Positions 1-13,231 of a DNA stretch of 64,000 nt are shown piece after piece. Positions within the stretch are counted from its first letter, which is position 1, and every line of letters begins with the position of its first letter. The position numbers and the translations under genes are program-made. This DNA is from Octopus sinensis (lineage: Eukaryota), in contig NC_043004.1 in NCBI RefSeq assembly GCF_006345805.1, positions 59,334,001 through 59,398,000 on the forward strand. The letters are read 5' to 3'. The notes under the pieces were generated by a model. That model saw only the letters and a list, made by a program, of their open reading frames with translations, ran no database searches and was not told the origin of the DNA.

Positions 1-1138
1 ACACACAACACACAAACATACACACACATTAATACACGCTCTAATATTTATACAAATATTTTGATGAGTGAGTGTGTATATGTATCTCTATAATTATAAA
101 TACACACGCACACGCATAAATTGATGTGTGTGTATATATATATATATACATAAATGCATACATACATACATACATACATATACATATAAATATATATATA
201 CATACGCATACACATTTAGCCTTATTCGATTCCTTCTACCTCTGTTTATTTATCGGTAGTATAGAAATCTACATAACTGCAAGCGCGCATATACACACAC
301 ATCCACATTAATGCACACTCACGTGTAGAGAAATACACATGCCGACGCACGAGAATACATATGCTCTATCATAAAGGCAGTCAGACGAAGCACGTAAACA
401 AAAAAGCACGCACACACACACTGACGCGTTTGTGCGTGCGTACGTGCGCACAGACACACACGCACATACACACATGCGCGCATAGGGTAACCCTGAAACA
501 CAGTAACACTATATTATGTCGCCAAAGAATTTGCACGTTCGCGAGAAAATGGCGGATTGATTCAACGAGAAACTTGATTAATTTACTGAGAGATGCAAAC
601 AAACGCATGGAAAATTATAAACAAAATAAATTGCTACATGCTTTTCCTTTAATTCCAAAAGTGGGTTGTTTGCTCTTCAGGTGATTCATCAAATTCCACA
701 TCTCTTTCATGCCTCCAAGAAATGTCATTCTTCACCTCTTTACTTCATCAAAATGGCATTTTACATCCTCCACAAATCCAGGAAATATTACCTTCCATTC
801 TGGAATGCTTCAAGACATCCCTTTTCATAAATCCAAGAGTTCCATTTACCAAAAAGCCAATATCCGATTTATGCCTGCAGACTCTAATGTTTAATTTTCT
901 AAGCTGCTATTACATAATAAACACACCATCATACACTTGTGCATGCGTATAAATATGCATATATGCATATAGACGCGTATATATGTATGTGTATATATAC
1001 ATATATATATATATGTATGTATATATATATACATGTATATATATATATATATATGTATGTATATATATATGTATGTATATTTATATACATACGCATATAT
1101 GAGTATATATATATATATATATACGTATATATATATAT

Positions 1139-1190
<52 letters not shown>

Positions 1191-1482
1191 TATATATAAT
1201 ATACATGGTATGTATACATACTCACACACATACAGACAATCCCATGCATACGAGTGTTTGTATGAGCATGTGTGTATTTATATATATATACCACCATCAG
1301 CACTGGAAGTGGCACAATAGAGATAAGGAATGTCATATTGAGTTCGGCTGCCAGTAACAGAAAACTAGAGATCTCTAGAGAAAAATTGTGCACATTCATA
1401 TACACCTTGAGAGGACATCTATAAAAGAGTTAATCGAATCAAAAAGGAAGCCTGCTACACTAAATATATTGTGCATTATGAT

Positions 1483-1842
1483 GGCGCAGGCGTGGCTGTG
1501 TGGTAAGAAGTCTGTTTCACAATCACATGATTCTGGGTTCTGTCTCATCTTGGGAAAGTTTCTTGTATCGATCTACGTCTTGTGAGTGGATTTCGTAGAC
1601 GGAAACTGAAAGAAGCCCATCGTCTATATGCGTCTGTGTCTGTGTTTGTGTGGGTGTGTGTATATCTCTTTGTCTGTATTTTCCACCACCACACACCAGT
1701 TGAAAACCAATGTTGATGTATTTACGTTCCTGTAAGTTAACGCTTCAGTATTAATTACTGTGGTCGATTCGTGCAGCTACAAAAATTTCTTCAAAGTGGT
1801 GCCTCACTATGGCTACTATCGAAAGATTAAAACAAGTAGAAA
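1483..1842 (+). mobile_element. tRNA-derived SINE, family C (head ggcgcaggcgtggctgtgtggtaag), diverged
   Basis: tRNA-like head, body gtgagtggattt..gtagacggaaactgaaagaagccc, internal (TG)n and tail ..aaacaagta. The same family recurs at ~8890, ~28075, ~57890, ~59300 and ~62860. Confidence 0.8.
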
Positions 1843-1844
1843 TA

Positions 1845-2400
1845 TTGGATTGTCCGGAAAGTTCGTGCCGATTTATAGTAGCTTACGTTTCGACTTATTT
1901 TGGAATATGGTTGAGTCCATAAAATGGGATTTGACTACACCTCCATTTAGAGCACAGTTTAAGCTATATTTTCGTGGAAGAAGGTATATATTCGTATAAC
2001 CTGTTAATTCTGTAGCCCTCTAAAATGGAAGATAAGAAAGTTCATTTTCGGCACTTGATGCTTTAGGAACCAGACAAAAATTGCTGCAGCTCGGCTGGGA
2101 TGTGTTACCCAACCCTCCATATTCACCAGATATTGCTCCTTCGAATTTGCACTTATTCAGGTCTCTGTAGAATAGTGTTAATGGTAAAAATTAAAATTCC
2201 TTGGATGACGTAAAAAGATACCTTGATGAATTCTTTGCCACCTGAATTCTGGGAAGAGGGTGTTTTCAAGTTAAAGGAAAGATGGAGACGCGTCGTGCAA
2301 CAAAATGGTTCATATTTGGTTGATTAAAAATGTAACGGCAAGTATTTGTTGACCTTTTTCTTTCCTTTAAAAATCGGCACGGACTTTCCCGACAACCCAA
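1845..2400 (+). mobile_element. Internally deleted mariner (mellifera-like) transposon
   Basis: 30-bp TIRs ttggattgtccggaaagttcgtgccgattt (1845-1874) and its inverse at 2371-2400 (27/30 identical), with TA at 1843-1844 and 2401-2402. N-terminus MEDKKVHFRHLML (ATG 2025) is fused to C-terminal GWDVLPNPPYSPDIAPS..FRSL..EEGVFKLKERWRRVVQQNGSY, with stops. Confidence 0.95.
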
Positions 2401-2666
2401 TAAAAGATGAGATCCTCATTAGTCTTAAGTGGTGGCAGCGTCCTTTGTTGAACCAATGAATCCTAAAATAGTACCATGTGACACCCACTTATATTCATGT
2501 GACTGAATTCAATTTGTGTGCGCGCTTGTGCTTGCGTCTGTGTATTCGCTAATGAATTCTGATATTTGGCCTGTTTGGTATTAGCTTTTGGGTCAATCTG
2601 ATTGAGGAAGACAGTCGAGCCATCCGTCCATGCTTTTTATTATGATATTACGAATATATTATTTAA

Positions 2667-3060
2667 CTAGCAGTATCGCCCGGCGTTGCTCGGGTTTGTA
2701 AGGGAAATAACTATATAAGCATTTTTAGAGAGTTATAGCCAAAAAATAGCAAAAAGATGCATTAAAAATGGAAAACAAATGATGGTAAATTTTTTTAAAT
2801 CGTTGACTCATCGTAGACATTTTTAGAGAGTTACTTCCCTTATATAATAGCGAAAAAATGCATTAAAATGGGAAAAAATGATGGTATTTTTTTTTTAATC
2901 GTAGACTCATCGTAGACGCGCGCTAATACCCAGAAGGGCTCGATATGAATCACGACTATAAGATACCCGGTTTTGGTTAAACTGCACCGCAAAATGTGGG
3001 AGTAGTTAGGAATCTAAATCGTAGGAGACAGACACACAACTTCTCTTTTATATATAAAGA
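2667..3060 (-). mobile_element. Non-autonomous Helitron, copy 1
   Basis: On the minus strand it starts TC(TTTATATATAAAAG) and ends with the GC hairpin CCCGAGCAACGCCGGG followed by ..CTAG. Inserted between A and T with no TSD. Near-identical to 24868-25264. Confidence 0.9.
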
Positions 3061-3254
3061 TGTGTCATTGAACTTTTTCTCGATTCTGCCGTGTTTTTAC
3101 TTAGTATATTTCCTTCTGCTCATTTGAGCGAACGGACAGAGTGCCAATCGTGCATTTTTTCTCAGCCATTTCTTCACTTCTTGTCAGTCATAGTCTGAGC
3201 AACTCTCGCAGACATGCACCAGTCATCAGCAATACTTTTCCCGCGAAACGTCAT

Positions 3255-3400
3255 CCGTCTATAAATTCCTGCAGCATTTGGCGTTCATTTCTGCAAGCGA
3301 AAGCAAAGAAATACCGGCGGCCATGCCTCTCGGAGAAACCAGCTGCTATTTCTTGTAAGTCAAGCGACTGTACAAGCCCTACCTCGTTTATTCAAGTTAT
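3255..3400 (-). pseudogene. Possible hAT transposase C-terminal (dimerisation domain) remnant
   Basis: Minus frame reads INEVGLVQSLDLQEIAAGFSERHGRRYFF, resembling the LD(L/F)xEIxxxFxxRxxRR end of hAT/ZMYM-type transposases. Judged by eye only. Confidence 0.35.
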
Positions 3401-3697
3401 CGAAGTAGAATGTGTGTAGTTCCTGTTTGAGAACGAGAATAAGTAAAGTGTACACATGCACGCTAGCACGCACGCACACACACACACACACAGACACACA
3501 CACATACACACACACAAACACGCACGCACACACTCACACACAGTAACACATGTATGTATATAAATACCTAATCACAAGTATATACGTGTCCTATATGGGC
3601 GTGTGTCTGTCTGTCTGTCTATCTATCTCCCTGTCTATCTTTCTATCTATTTGTTTGTCTGTCAGTCTGCCAGTCTGCCTGTCTCTCTATCTGTCTT

Positions 3698-3767
<70 letters not shown>

Positions 3768-3831
3768 GATCGATCGATCTAGCTATATAAATATTAATCT
3801 ATCCTCTTTCAAACTAGTTAGCTATGCTCTT

Positions 3832-3905
3832 TCGGATTTCCCCTTATTCAGGTCCCTGTAGAATAGTATTAATGGTAACAATTTCAACTCCTTGGATGAC
3901 ATGCT
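3832..3905 (+). mobile_element. Short mariner transposase fragment
   Basis: Reads SDFPLFRSL*NSINGNNFNSLDD, homologous to 2140-2210. Confidence 0.8.
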
Positions 3906-4175
3906 TATATATGCCTATAGATATGTATGCATGTATGTATGTATGTACGGATATACGTATGTATGCATGTGTGTATGTATGTATGCATATATGTATGTAT
4001 GCACGCACAGCACACGGACACACGACAAACACGCATACTTATTCATAAACATATGCTAAGACAATTTGTGTTGGGACTTCGAAGTCTCGTTCAAGCATTT
4101 GCGAAAATTAAACGAATGTGATATTGTCGTGAATTTTACTCATGTCAGCCTGTGTGTATATTGATATCTATAGGT

Positions 4176-4504
4176 CAGTGAAGTGCGTGGCTTAGTGGTT
4201 AGGGGTATTCGGCTCATGATCGTAAGGTCATGAGTTCAATTCCCGGTGGCGCGTTGTGTCCTTGAGCAAGACACTTTATTTCACGTTGCTCCTGTCCACT
4301 CAGCTGGCAAAAACGAGTAGTACCTGTATTTCAAAGGGCTTGTCTTGTCACACTCTGTGTCACGCTGAATCTCTTTGCGAACTACCTTAAGGGTACACGT
4401 GTTTGTGAAGGGTTCAGCAACTTACACGTTAATTTCACGAGCAGGCTGTTCCGTTGATCGCATCAGCTGGGACCCTCGTCGTCGCAACGGACGGAGTGCT
4501 CCTT
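4176..4504 (+). mobile_element. SINE, head B + tail 3
   Basis: A-box (tggcttagtgg) and B-box (gagttcaattcc), body ccttgagcaagacactt, 11-bp TSD tatctataggt (4165-4175, 4505-4515). Confidence 0.9.
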
Positions 4505-5518
4505 TATCTATAGGTAAAAAAAGGTAAAGAAAAAGAAAATAAATACACATATGCTTCATAGTTATTGTTTAAACTACAAGTCTGCTTATACTAAAAAACA
4601 AAAAAAGAACTTTCTGTTTGCGTCCTTAAGCTTTTCAGAGCAGTTTCGTTATACACGGAATTATTTTAGTTAACTCTCGATTCACATTTGTTTCTTTGGT
4701 ACTGTCAAAGAAAATGTTAATCTTGCACGTGTTCGGGTGGGTGCATTAGTTTGTATGTATATACATATGTTGGCGCTTTAAACACAGACACACGTACACA
4801 CATAAACACACGGGCATACATACACGCACACACATATATGAGAATAGAAAATGGTATTAAAGAATCAACGTGAATAGTTCATAAGCACCGAAGCTGGCTT
4901 GCTAAATTCTTCGGTGAATCCCACGGTTGTACGTACGGGTTGTAAATTCACTTTCTGCTACGAATGTAATTCGTAAATCCGAAGTACAATCATTGAACGA
5001 ATTCTGTTTAAATAGTCTGTTGTCGCAGTGTATAAATGAAAAAAAAAAAAAGATAATCCCCTTCACAGATGAATGGAGATTTTATCATGATTTAGGATAT
5101 TTTTTGTATGGTTGCAACTCTTCTATTTCCTCTATTTTTCTTCCAATTGATTTCATATTGAGTGTTTTGGTATAAGTTTGTTTGGTAATCATTTACATGA
5201 AATTAATTTTCGCCATAAATCAATAAATAAAGAGTTAATAGTTTTTAAAGTTTTCAAATTTTGGGAAATTTTAGCCAATCGAAAACTCCAGATATATAGG
5301 TGCCTGTTTCCATAGTAACGAGTGAAGCTGTTACCAAGCTGTTTACTCCGCTGTTGTGGTCCTGTCAAAATACGTGGTTATTTTTCGCTTAGTAAATGCT
5401 TAAAACACGAGGTGCGAGTTGATCGTGAGATGTGCTAAAAATGATAATTTAACAGACCTTAAATAACGCCCCAAAACATTTTTGCAGGGTGGGTTGCATA
5501 ATAATTTTTTTATTATTT

Positions 5519-5808
5519 ATGCGCCCTTTTCAAGCCTAGCCAGGCTCATGGGCCCTGTTTCCCGGTTTCTATGGCGTATGTGTTCCCCCAGTTGGACGAG
5601 ATGCCAGTCCATCGCAGCGTTACTCAAGAAACAGGAAGAAAGAGTGAGAGAAAGTTGGGGTGAAAGAGTACAACAGGGGTCACCCCCCCTGCTGGAGATC
5701 GTGGAGCTTTAGGTATTTTCGCTCAATAAACACACATAGCACCCGGTCTGGGAATCGAAACCGCGATCCTACGACCGCGAGTCCGCTGCCTTAACCACTG
5801 GGCCATCG
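5519..5808 (-). mobile_element. SINE, head A + tail 1
   Basis: Minus-strand head tggcccagtggttaagg..ggtttcgattcccagaccggg, tail ..gaaaccggg..cccatgagcctggctaggct. Confidence 0.85.
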
Positions 5809-6896
5809 TAGGAATTTCTATGTGTGGAATACAAATACGCAAACATTTTTTTTTAAATTCTAAAAAAATAAAGAAGTTATGAGAGCTTATATGTCGTGTG
5901 TAAAGTGGTATTCCGTCAGTATTTAATTTGTTTACGGTTGATAACACGTGCTGTCACACACAAAATCACAGCTTCCAAATTTTGTTTTCTAACTGGGTAA
6001 AAATGATCAAACCACTGTAGCTTTTCTTCAAATATTTTCTGGAAAGAGAATTATCCTGTGAGATTCAGCGTGCAAAATTACATCAATATACCAAATTTTA
6101 ACTACAGGTGTAGCCAAAGTAAAGATCTAGGATTTATCAGCTACGTATGTTTCAAATAGATTAGCATAGCTCAATTTGCTGCATTAACATTTATTCTCTT
6201 TTAAGCGATCCCTTTTTTGTTCGATTAAAATGTTACTGAGAGGGATTTAACACCATCCTGTTATTCCTAAAGCCTTATCCCCACTGCTTATATTTTAAGG
6301 AACTAAGCAGTGGATTTGTGTCAACTTGTCCCCTCATTTGTATTTGACCATTTCACCAATCTAAGAGGAAAATATTCTTTATAGAACTATCTAGGAAGCT
6401 AGAATTGTAGTTAAATACGAAATTTAACCAAATATGTTAGAAAACAAAAAAAAAAAAAGAAAAGAAAAAAGGAAAAGAAAAAACAACAGTCATTAGTTCC
6501 TGCCACTCATATTTTTACTGACCAATAATACATTGACAGATTTTAGGGTAAGTCGAAATAAAATGTTTAGGGGAAACAGAATTCTAATCCGATCTGTAAC
6601 ATCTCTGAATACATATACACATACATACATACATACATACATACATACATACATACATACATACATACATACATACATACATACACATATATAGATGCAT
6701 ACATACATGCATATATACATGTATATACATATATATATAATTTACATGCAATCATATAAATGTACGTATGTGTGTTTGTGTGTGTGTGTGTGTATGTATT
6801 ACATATATATTTTTGTGTCTGAGCATGTCTGCACGCTTCTTTTTCTTTGCAAAATCATGTGTTCGTTTGTTTCTTGATATCAATCAAACAACTAAC

Positions 6897-7345
6897 GATC
6901 ATTATCGTCATCATTATCATCATCATTATCATTACTACCACCACCACCACCACCACCACTACTACCACCAACACCACCACTACCACCACCACCACCACCA
7001 CCATCACTACCATCACCACCAGCATTACCACCACTACCACCACCACCACCACCACCACCACCATCACTACCATCACCACCAGCATCACCACCACTACCAC
7101 CACCACCTCCACCACCACCACCACCATCACCACCACCACCACCACCACCACCACCACCACTACCACCATCACCACCACCACCACCACCACCACCACCATC
7201 ACCACCATCAATACCACCACCACCTCCTCCACCATTATCATCATCATTAATAGCGTTATTGCTATCATGTGTTAATTCGTTATCATAATTACTACTACTA
7301 GTAGTAGTAGTAGTAGTAGTAGTTGTAGTAGTAGTAGTAGTAGGA
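6897..7345. repeat. (CAC/CAT)n trinucleotide tract followed by (TAG)n
   Basis: Direct reading. It accounts for the poly-His, poly-Thr and poly-Val ORFs. Confidence 0.95.
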
Positions 7346-7609
7346 TGAGGTGTTTTAATTGTTCTTGTTGCTTTCAGAGATGCCGGCAGCCGCAGGAAAT
7401 GAAGAGGAAATAGTATAACCGTGATCAGGAATAAACAGCAGCTGTTACATCACGAAGGTGTTACTCAGCGAACAGTTTGGGCAAAGGTCTGCACTACTGC
7501 AGAGCTGCAGCCAGGTGCAGCACGTTTCTCTTCTGAAGACTATGTGCAGCTGTCTGTTGCATTTCAACCAGATATTCTCATGGTTCACTGTGTATGAACA
7601 TAACTAGCT

Positions 7610-8580
7610 GGGAGAGAGAGAGGGGAGAGAGAGAGAGAGAGAGAGAGAGTTAAAGACAGACAGAAATAGAGCGAGAGAGTATGAGAGAGAGACAGAGAGA
7701 CAGAAACAGAAAGAGAGTGAGAGAGAGTGAGAGATAGACGGAGAGAGAGAGACAGAGATAGACATACAGAAACAGAGAGAGAGAGAGTGAATGAGAGAGA
7801 GTGAGTGAGGGACAGAGAGAGACAGACAGAAACAGAGAGAGAGAGATACAGAAAGAGAGAGAGAGAGAAAGCGAGAGAGAGAGAGAGTAAGAAAGAGACA
7901 AGCAGAAACAGAGAGAGAGAGGGAGAGAGAGAAGAGGGATATATAGATAAAAAGCAATAGAAACAGAGAGATTGAGAGAGAGACAGATAGACAGAAACGG
8001 AGAGAGAGGGAAAGCGCGAGACAGAGAGAAAGACAAGGAGGGAAACTGGGAGCGGGAAAACGAGCGAAAGATAAAAACAGAGACAGCTATGGGTAAGGGA
8101 GAAAGGGGAAAGGGAAAGAAAGGGAGAGCGATAAAGAGATAAGGAAAGAGAGAAAAAGAGAGAGTGAGAGAACGACATGTATAGAAATAGAGAGGCTTAA
8201 TCAAGCAAACTGTGGAAGTTGGGTGTTAGAGGAAAAGTGGGAGGAAAATATGTTAACATGATGGGGTCAACGAAAAGAGGAAGAAATGAAAGAAGAGAGA
8301 AAGAGAGAGAGAGAGAGAGAGTGAGAGAAAAGAGCGAATGATGAAAGAGAGAGGGATAGAGCGTGAAAAAGTGAGAGAAAGGAGGGAATATCAGAGCGGC
8401 AGGAGCGATAGAGAATGAGCAAAACTCGAGGAGGTGGAGAGAGAGGCAAAGCAAAAGTGAATGTGAGTGAGGGAGGGAGAAAGAACATGGTAGATACGAG
8501 GTACACCTGATACAATAAACAGAATGTGAGGAAGGGGGAGAACAATGATGGAGAGAGAAAAATTGAGAGAGCAAGAAGTT
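7610..8580. repeat. ~1 kb polypurine (GA/GAAA/GACA) low-complexity tract
   Basis: Almost only A and G on the + strand. Confidence 0.95.
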
Positions 8581-8653
8581 ACGTAATTGCTGCGAAAATT
8601 AAATGAAAGAACTTTATTTAAGCTTTATTTAATTTTCTTTTATTCTCTTTTTA

Positions 8654-8880
8654 CTGAGCTGGCAGAATCGTTAGTACGCCGGGCGAAATGCTCAGTGGTA
8701 TTCCGTCTGCCGTTATGTTCTGAGTTCAAATTCCGCCGAGGTCGACTTTGCCTTTCATCCTTTCGGAGTCGATAAATTAAATACCAGTTACGCACTGGGG
8801 TCGATATAATTGAGTTAATCCGTTTGTCTCTCCTTGTTCGTCCCCTCTATGTTTAGCCCCCTGTGGGCAATAAAGAAATA
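8654..8880 (+). mobile_element. SINE family A (gagctggcagaatcgttag..gagttcaaattccgccgagg)
   Basis: A-box tggcagaatcg, B-box gagttcaaattcc, body gtcgactttgcctttcatcc, 3' end ..gtgggcaataaagaaata. Confidence 0.9.
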
Positions 8881-8889
8881 TATATATTT

Positions 8890-9185
8890 TATACTTGTTT
8901 CAGTCATTGGACTGCGGTCTGAAATCCCTGTTCTGAATTTTTAACTTTCTCGTACTTATTCTATCGATCTCAGTCACCAAATTACTAGCTTACGGAGACG
9001 TAAGCAAACCAACACCTGTTCTGGAGTGGTGGCGGGACAAACACAGACATAGCGAAATATATACATACAAACACATGCATACACGCATACGTACAACGAG
9101 TTTCCACACGGTCTCCGTTTACCTATTTCATTCGCAAAGCTAGGGTCAGCCCAGAACTATATTAGAGGACACTTGCTATAAGGAG
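8890..9185 (-). mobile_element. SINE family C, diverged
   Basis: Reverse-complement similarity to 1483-1842 and 57890-58140. Confidence 0.7.
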
Positions 9186-9422
9186 TACCGCCTTTAGTCG
9201 AGCAAATCGACTCCAGGATTTATACATGTAAGCCTAGAACTTATACTATCATTGTTAGGGCTGTGATATGGCAGAATTGTCATTGCGCCGGAAAAAATGC
9301 TTAGCTTTAAGTTGTGAAATCAAATGCTGCAGGGTTTGACTCTGCCTTTTATCCAAATATTCTACTTATTCTATGTTCAGACTTGCCAGTATGAACAGTT
9401 TCTCGACTAGAAGAGTAATAAG

Positions 9423-9461
<39 letters not shown>

Positions 9462-9466
<5 letters not shown>

Positions 9467-9760
9467 TGTGATCACCGTGACCGACCAGGCTATTAGATAT
9501 TGCTACACATCGCTGGTCACAATGCGCTACGCATTGTTTTAGCCTTCAAATGACGCCACCCTGCTGGCTAAGCGAGCAGGCCAACAGAAGAAAGAGTGAG
9601 AGAAAGTTGTGGCGAAAGAGTACAGCAGGGAAGGCACCACTACCCCTGCCGGAGCCTCGTGGAGCGTTGGGTGTTTTTGCTCAATAAACACTCACAACGC
9701 CCGGTCTGGGAATCGAAACCGCGATCCTACGACCGCGAGTCCGCGGTCATTGCGCCTCCA
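9462..9760 (-). mobile_element. SINE, head A + tail 2, inside a (TA)n tract
   Basis: Head tggaggcgcaatg..ggtttcgattcccagacc, tail ..gcctggtcggtcacggtgat, (TA)n on both sides. Highly similar to 23865-24167. Confidence 0.9.
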
Positions 9761-9761
9761 C

Positions 9762-9834
<73 letters not shown>

Positions 9835-9837
9835 AAT

Positions 9838-10673
9838 ACCAGGTATGATCAATAAGTAAGTATCCGGACTGTTGTCATTGCGATACCTACTCAGAGGCCT
9901 ACACAAATTTGCAGAAAGTGTATGGAGAGGTGTGTATGAGTCACACGCAAGAGTATGGGTGGTGCAGATGTTCTGAAGTTGGCAGAAAAAATATAGATAC
10001 TGAAGAACGTTCTCAGAGACCCGCAACCACCAGAACTGAGTAAAAAGGCGGCCCGCTGGCAGAAACGTTAACACGCCGGGCGAAATGCTTAGCGGTGTTT
10101 CGTCTGGTCGTTACGTTCTGAGTTCAAATTCCGCAGAGGTCGACTTTGCCTTTCACCCATTCGGGGTCGATTAACTAAGTACCAGTTAAGCAATGGAGTC
10201 AATATAATCGACTTAATCCGTTTGTCTATCCTTGTTTGTTCCCTCTGTATTTAGCCCCTTGTGGGTAGTAAAGAAATAGATATTTCGTCTGCCGCTACAT
10301 TCTGAGTTCAAATTCCGCCGAGGTCGACCTAGCCTTTGATCATTTCGGGATCGATTAAATAAGTACCAGTTACGCACTGGGTCGATATAATCGCCTTAAT
10401 CAGTTTGTATGTCCTTGTTTGCCCCTCTGTATGTAGCCCCTTGTGGACAGTAAAGAAATAAGCACTGAGTAAAACATTGCAGATTCTCTGCTTAACTTTC
10501 TCTGTCATGCTCAGTTAGACGATCACACGCTACACACCTTCCTACCAAGCACTACTGTAAACAGCGGAAATGTGATAGAACGTTAAAACTTAGTTCTCGG
10601 TCAATCCGTGCCCAGCGGCTTCAGTCAGCGTTGTCGTTACTATGACAACAGTCCGAATATTTATTGGCCAGAC
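9838..10673 (+). mobile_element. Internally deleted mariner with nested SINE dimer
   Basis: TIR-like ends ..caataag..tatccggactgttgtcat (9843-9878) and atgacaacagtccgaatatttattgg (10642-10673). HTH fragment LQKVYGEVCMSHTQEYGWCRCSEVGRKNIDTEERSQRPATTRTE resumes after the insertion. Confidence 0.85.
10046..10463 (+). mobile_element. Head-to-tail SINE family A dimer (one full copy plus a 5'-truncated copy)
   Basis: A single 11-bp TSD actgagtaaaa (10035-10045, 10464-10474) encloses both units. Confidence 0.9.
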
Positions 10674-10704
10674 AACTATCTATCTAGCTCTCTCTCTCTC
10701 TCTT

Positions 10705-10756
<52 letters not shown>

Positions 10757-10761
10757 CCTCT

Positions 10762-10793
<32 letters not shown>

Positions 10794-11101
10794 GTCCCTA
10801 TATATATACGCACATGTGTGCATAAGCAAGTAAAACATGTATGTATATATGTATATTGGTGTATGTGTAGAAAAAAGATTAGAACATCATCAAAAACAAG
10901 AAAAATGGGGATTGCTTTGTTACAACTTTTGCAAAAGTGTTAGAATATATATTTAGCAACAACAGAACATATTCGCACAGGCACATAAAATGCTAAAATG
11001 AATGTCAGTTAGCATGAATACAAAAATTTAACACGCATATTATCAAAAATACAGAATACATTCATACAAAAATGCTTACGTACACACACACACACACGCA
11101 T

Positions 11102-11152
<51 letters not shown>

Positions 11153-11327
11153 TATACATATATATACACATATATACATATATATATACATGTATATATA
11201 TATATGTATATATATATACATTATATATAAACAAATAACTGTGTTCATGTATACGTACATTCACGTATATAAAATTGTGTATATGAATACATAAATACAC
11301 ACATACAGACGTGTGGGCGCGCCCCCA

Positions 11328-11370
<43 letters not shown>

Positions 11371-11685
11371 TACATATACTAATCCATGGATTCTAATTCA
11401 ATTAGGTATAAAGAGAAACACATGCATAGATACAGACGTTTGTGAAAAGAGATAAATAATTTCATGTGCATACAGTTGTGAACACAAGTATTTTAATCAT
11501 TCTTGCATGTGGCCGATATGAAAGATCTGTGATTATATGTCAAACCTGAATTCCGGTATCTATATACACATACAAACATACATATATGCACACACTCAAA
11601 CCTACACGTACGGATGTAAGGCAGTATAATGCTTTAATCTTCCATTACTCTTAGTCTGAATTTCAATGATTTGCTTTTAAAAACG

Positions 11686-11749
<64 letters not shown>

Positions 11750-11757
11750 ATATATAT

Positions 11758-11791
<34 letters not shown>

Positions 11792-11793
11792 AC

Positions 11794-11824
<31 letters not shown>

Positions 11825-12023
11825 CACTTACACACCCACACTAACAGACATACATATATATACATATAAATATGCATCTGCCTATATTTTATATATATAT
11901 ATATATATATAGATAGATATAGATATATATATATGCATCTGTCTATATTGTATACGTGCGCACACACACACTCACATATATATATATATATACAGACATA
12001 CATGTATATATATATATTATATA

Positions 12024-12116
<93 letters not shown>

Positions 12117-12668
12117 CACATATATACATATATATGTGCATCTGTCTATATCATATATATATATATGTATATATTTAAACGTACGTGCCTGAATGTAAGC
12201 ACATATGTGTGCTATATGCGACCGTATGCGTGCCTTTTCTCCCCCCCCCCCTGTGAATGCGTGTACGTGTATCTATGCGTTTTCTCTATATGTTTAGTGG
12301 TACAAAATGGCTGACATTCTGTCATTAAACCAGATTTCATAAAATATTCAAATTATATCTTTCGTCAGAATTTCATATATTATATTTGATTTGTGTTTGA
12401 AATGTATAACTCGTGGGAAATATTAATACCTGCAAAATGTATTCGGTTGATAGAGTGACACTCAGGTGAATTGCTTTTAATTTGGCAATCTATACTTATA
12501 GCATAAAATATTTGCTATGAATGGATTTCTATTTGTCGAATTCAATCGATATTCTTATATCATTATATTTGCCACAGCCAGGTAGACAGTAAGCATATTT
12601 TAAATCACGCCTTGAATATGAATAATCTATCTATCTATCTATCTACCTATCTTTCTATCTATCTATCA

Positions 12669-12741
<73 letters not shown>

Positions 12742-12742
12742 C

Positions 12743-12773
<31 letters not shown>

Positions 12774-12917
12774 AACATTATGCGTGCCAGTATGCACACA
12801 CACACACACGCACACACTCATGCACTCAAACACACATGCCCACGCATGCAGACATACACTGTCATATATTCACATATCTGTATCTGTCTACCTGTCTATT
12901 GATCTATCTATTTACCT

Positions 12918-12960
<43 letters not shown>

Positions 12961-13181
12961 TGCATATATATATATATACATATATATATATCCTTTTATT
13001 TTTTACTTGTTTTACATATAATACATGCATATGTACATATATATATGTGTGTGTGTGTGTGTGTGTATCTATATAAATATATAAATCTGTATATGTACAT
13101 ACATATATATTCTTTTATTCTTTTGTTCTTTTACTTGTTTCAGTCATTTGACAGCGGCCATGCTAGAGCATCGCCTTGAAA

Positions 13182-13231
<50 letters not shown>

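Noticed and set aside
4176-4270. tRNA-like A/B boxes here and in other SINE heads
   Set aside because: No complete cloverleaf, and each continues into a SINE body with TSDs, so they are not tRNA genes.
6768-7275. Poly-His / poly-Thr / poly-Val ORFs
   Set aside because: Stop-free (CAC/CAT)n tract open in several frames, with no splice signals or complex flanking coding sequence.
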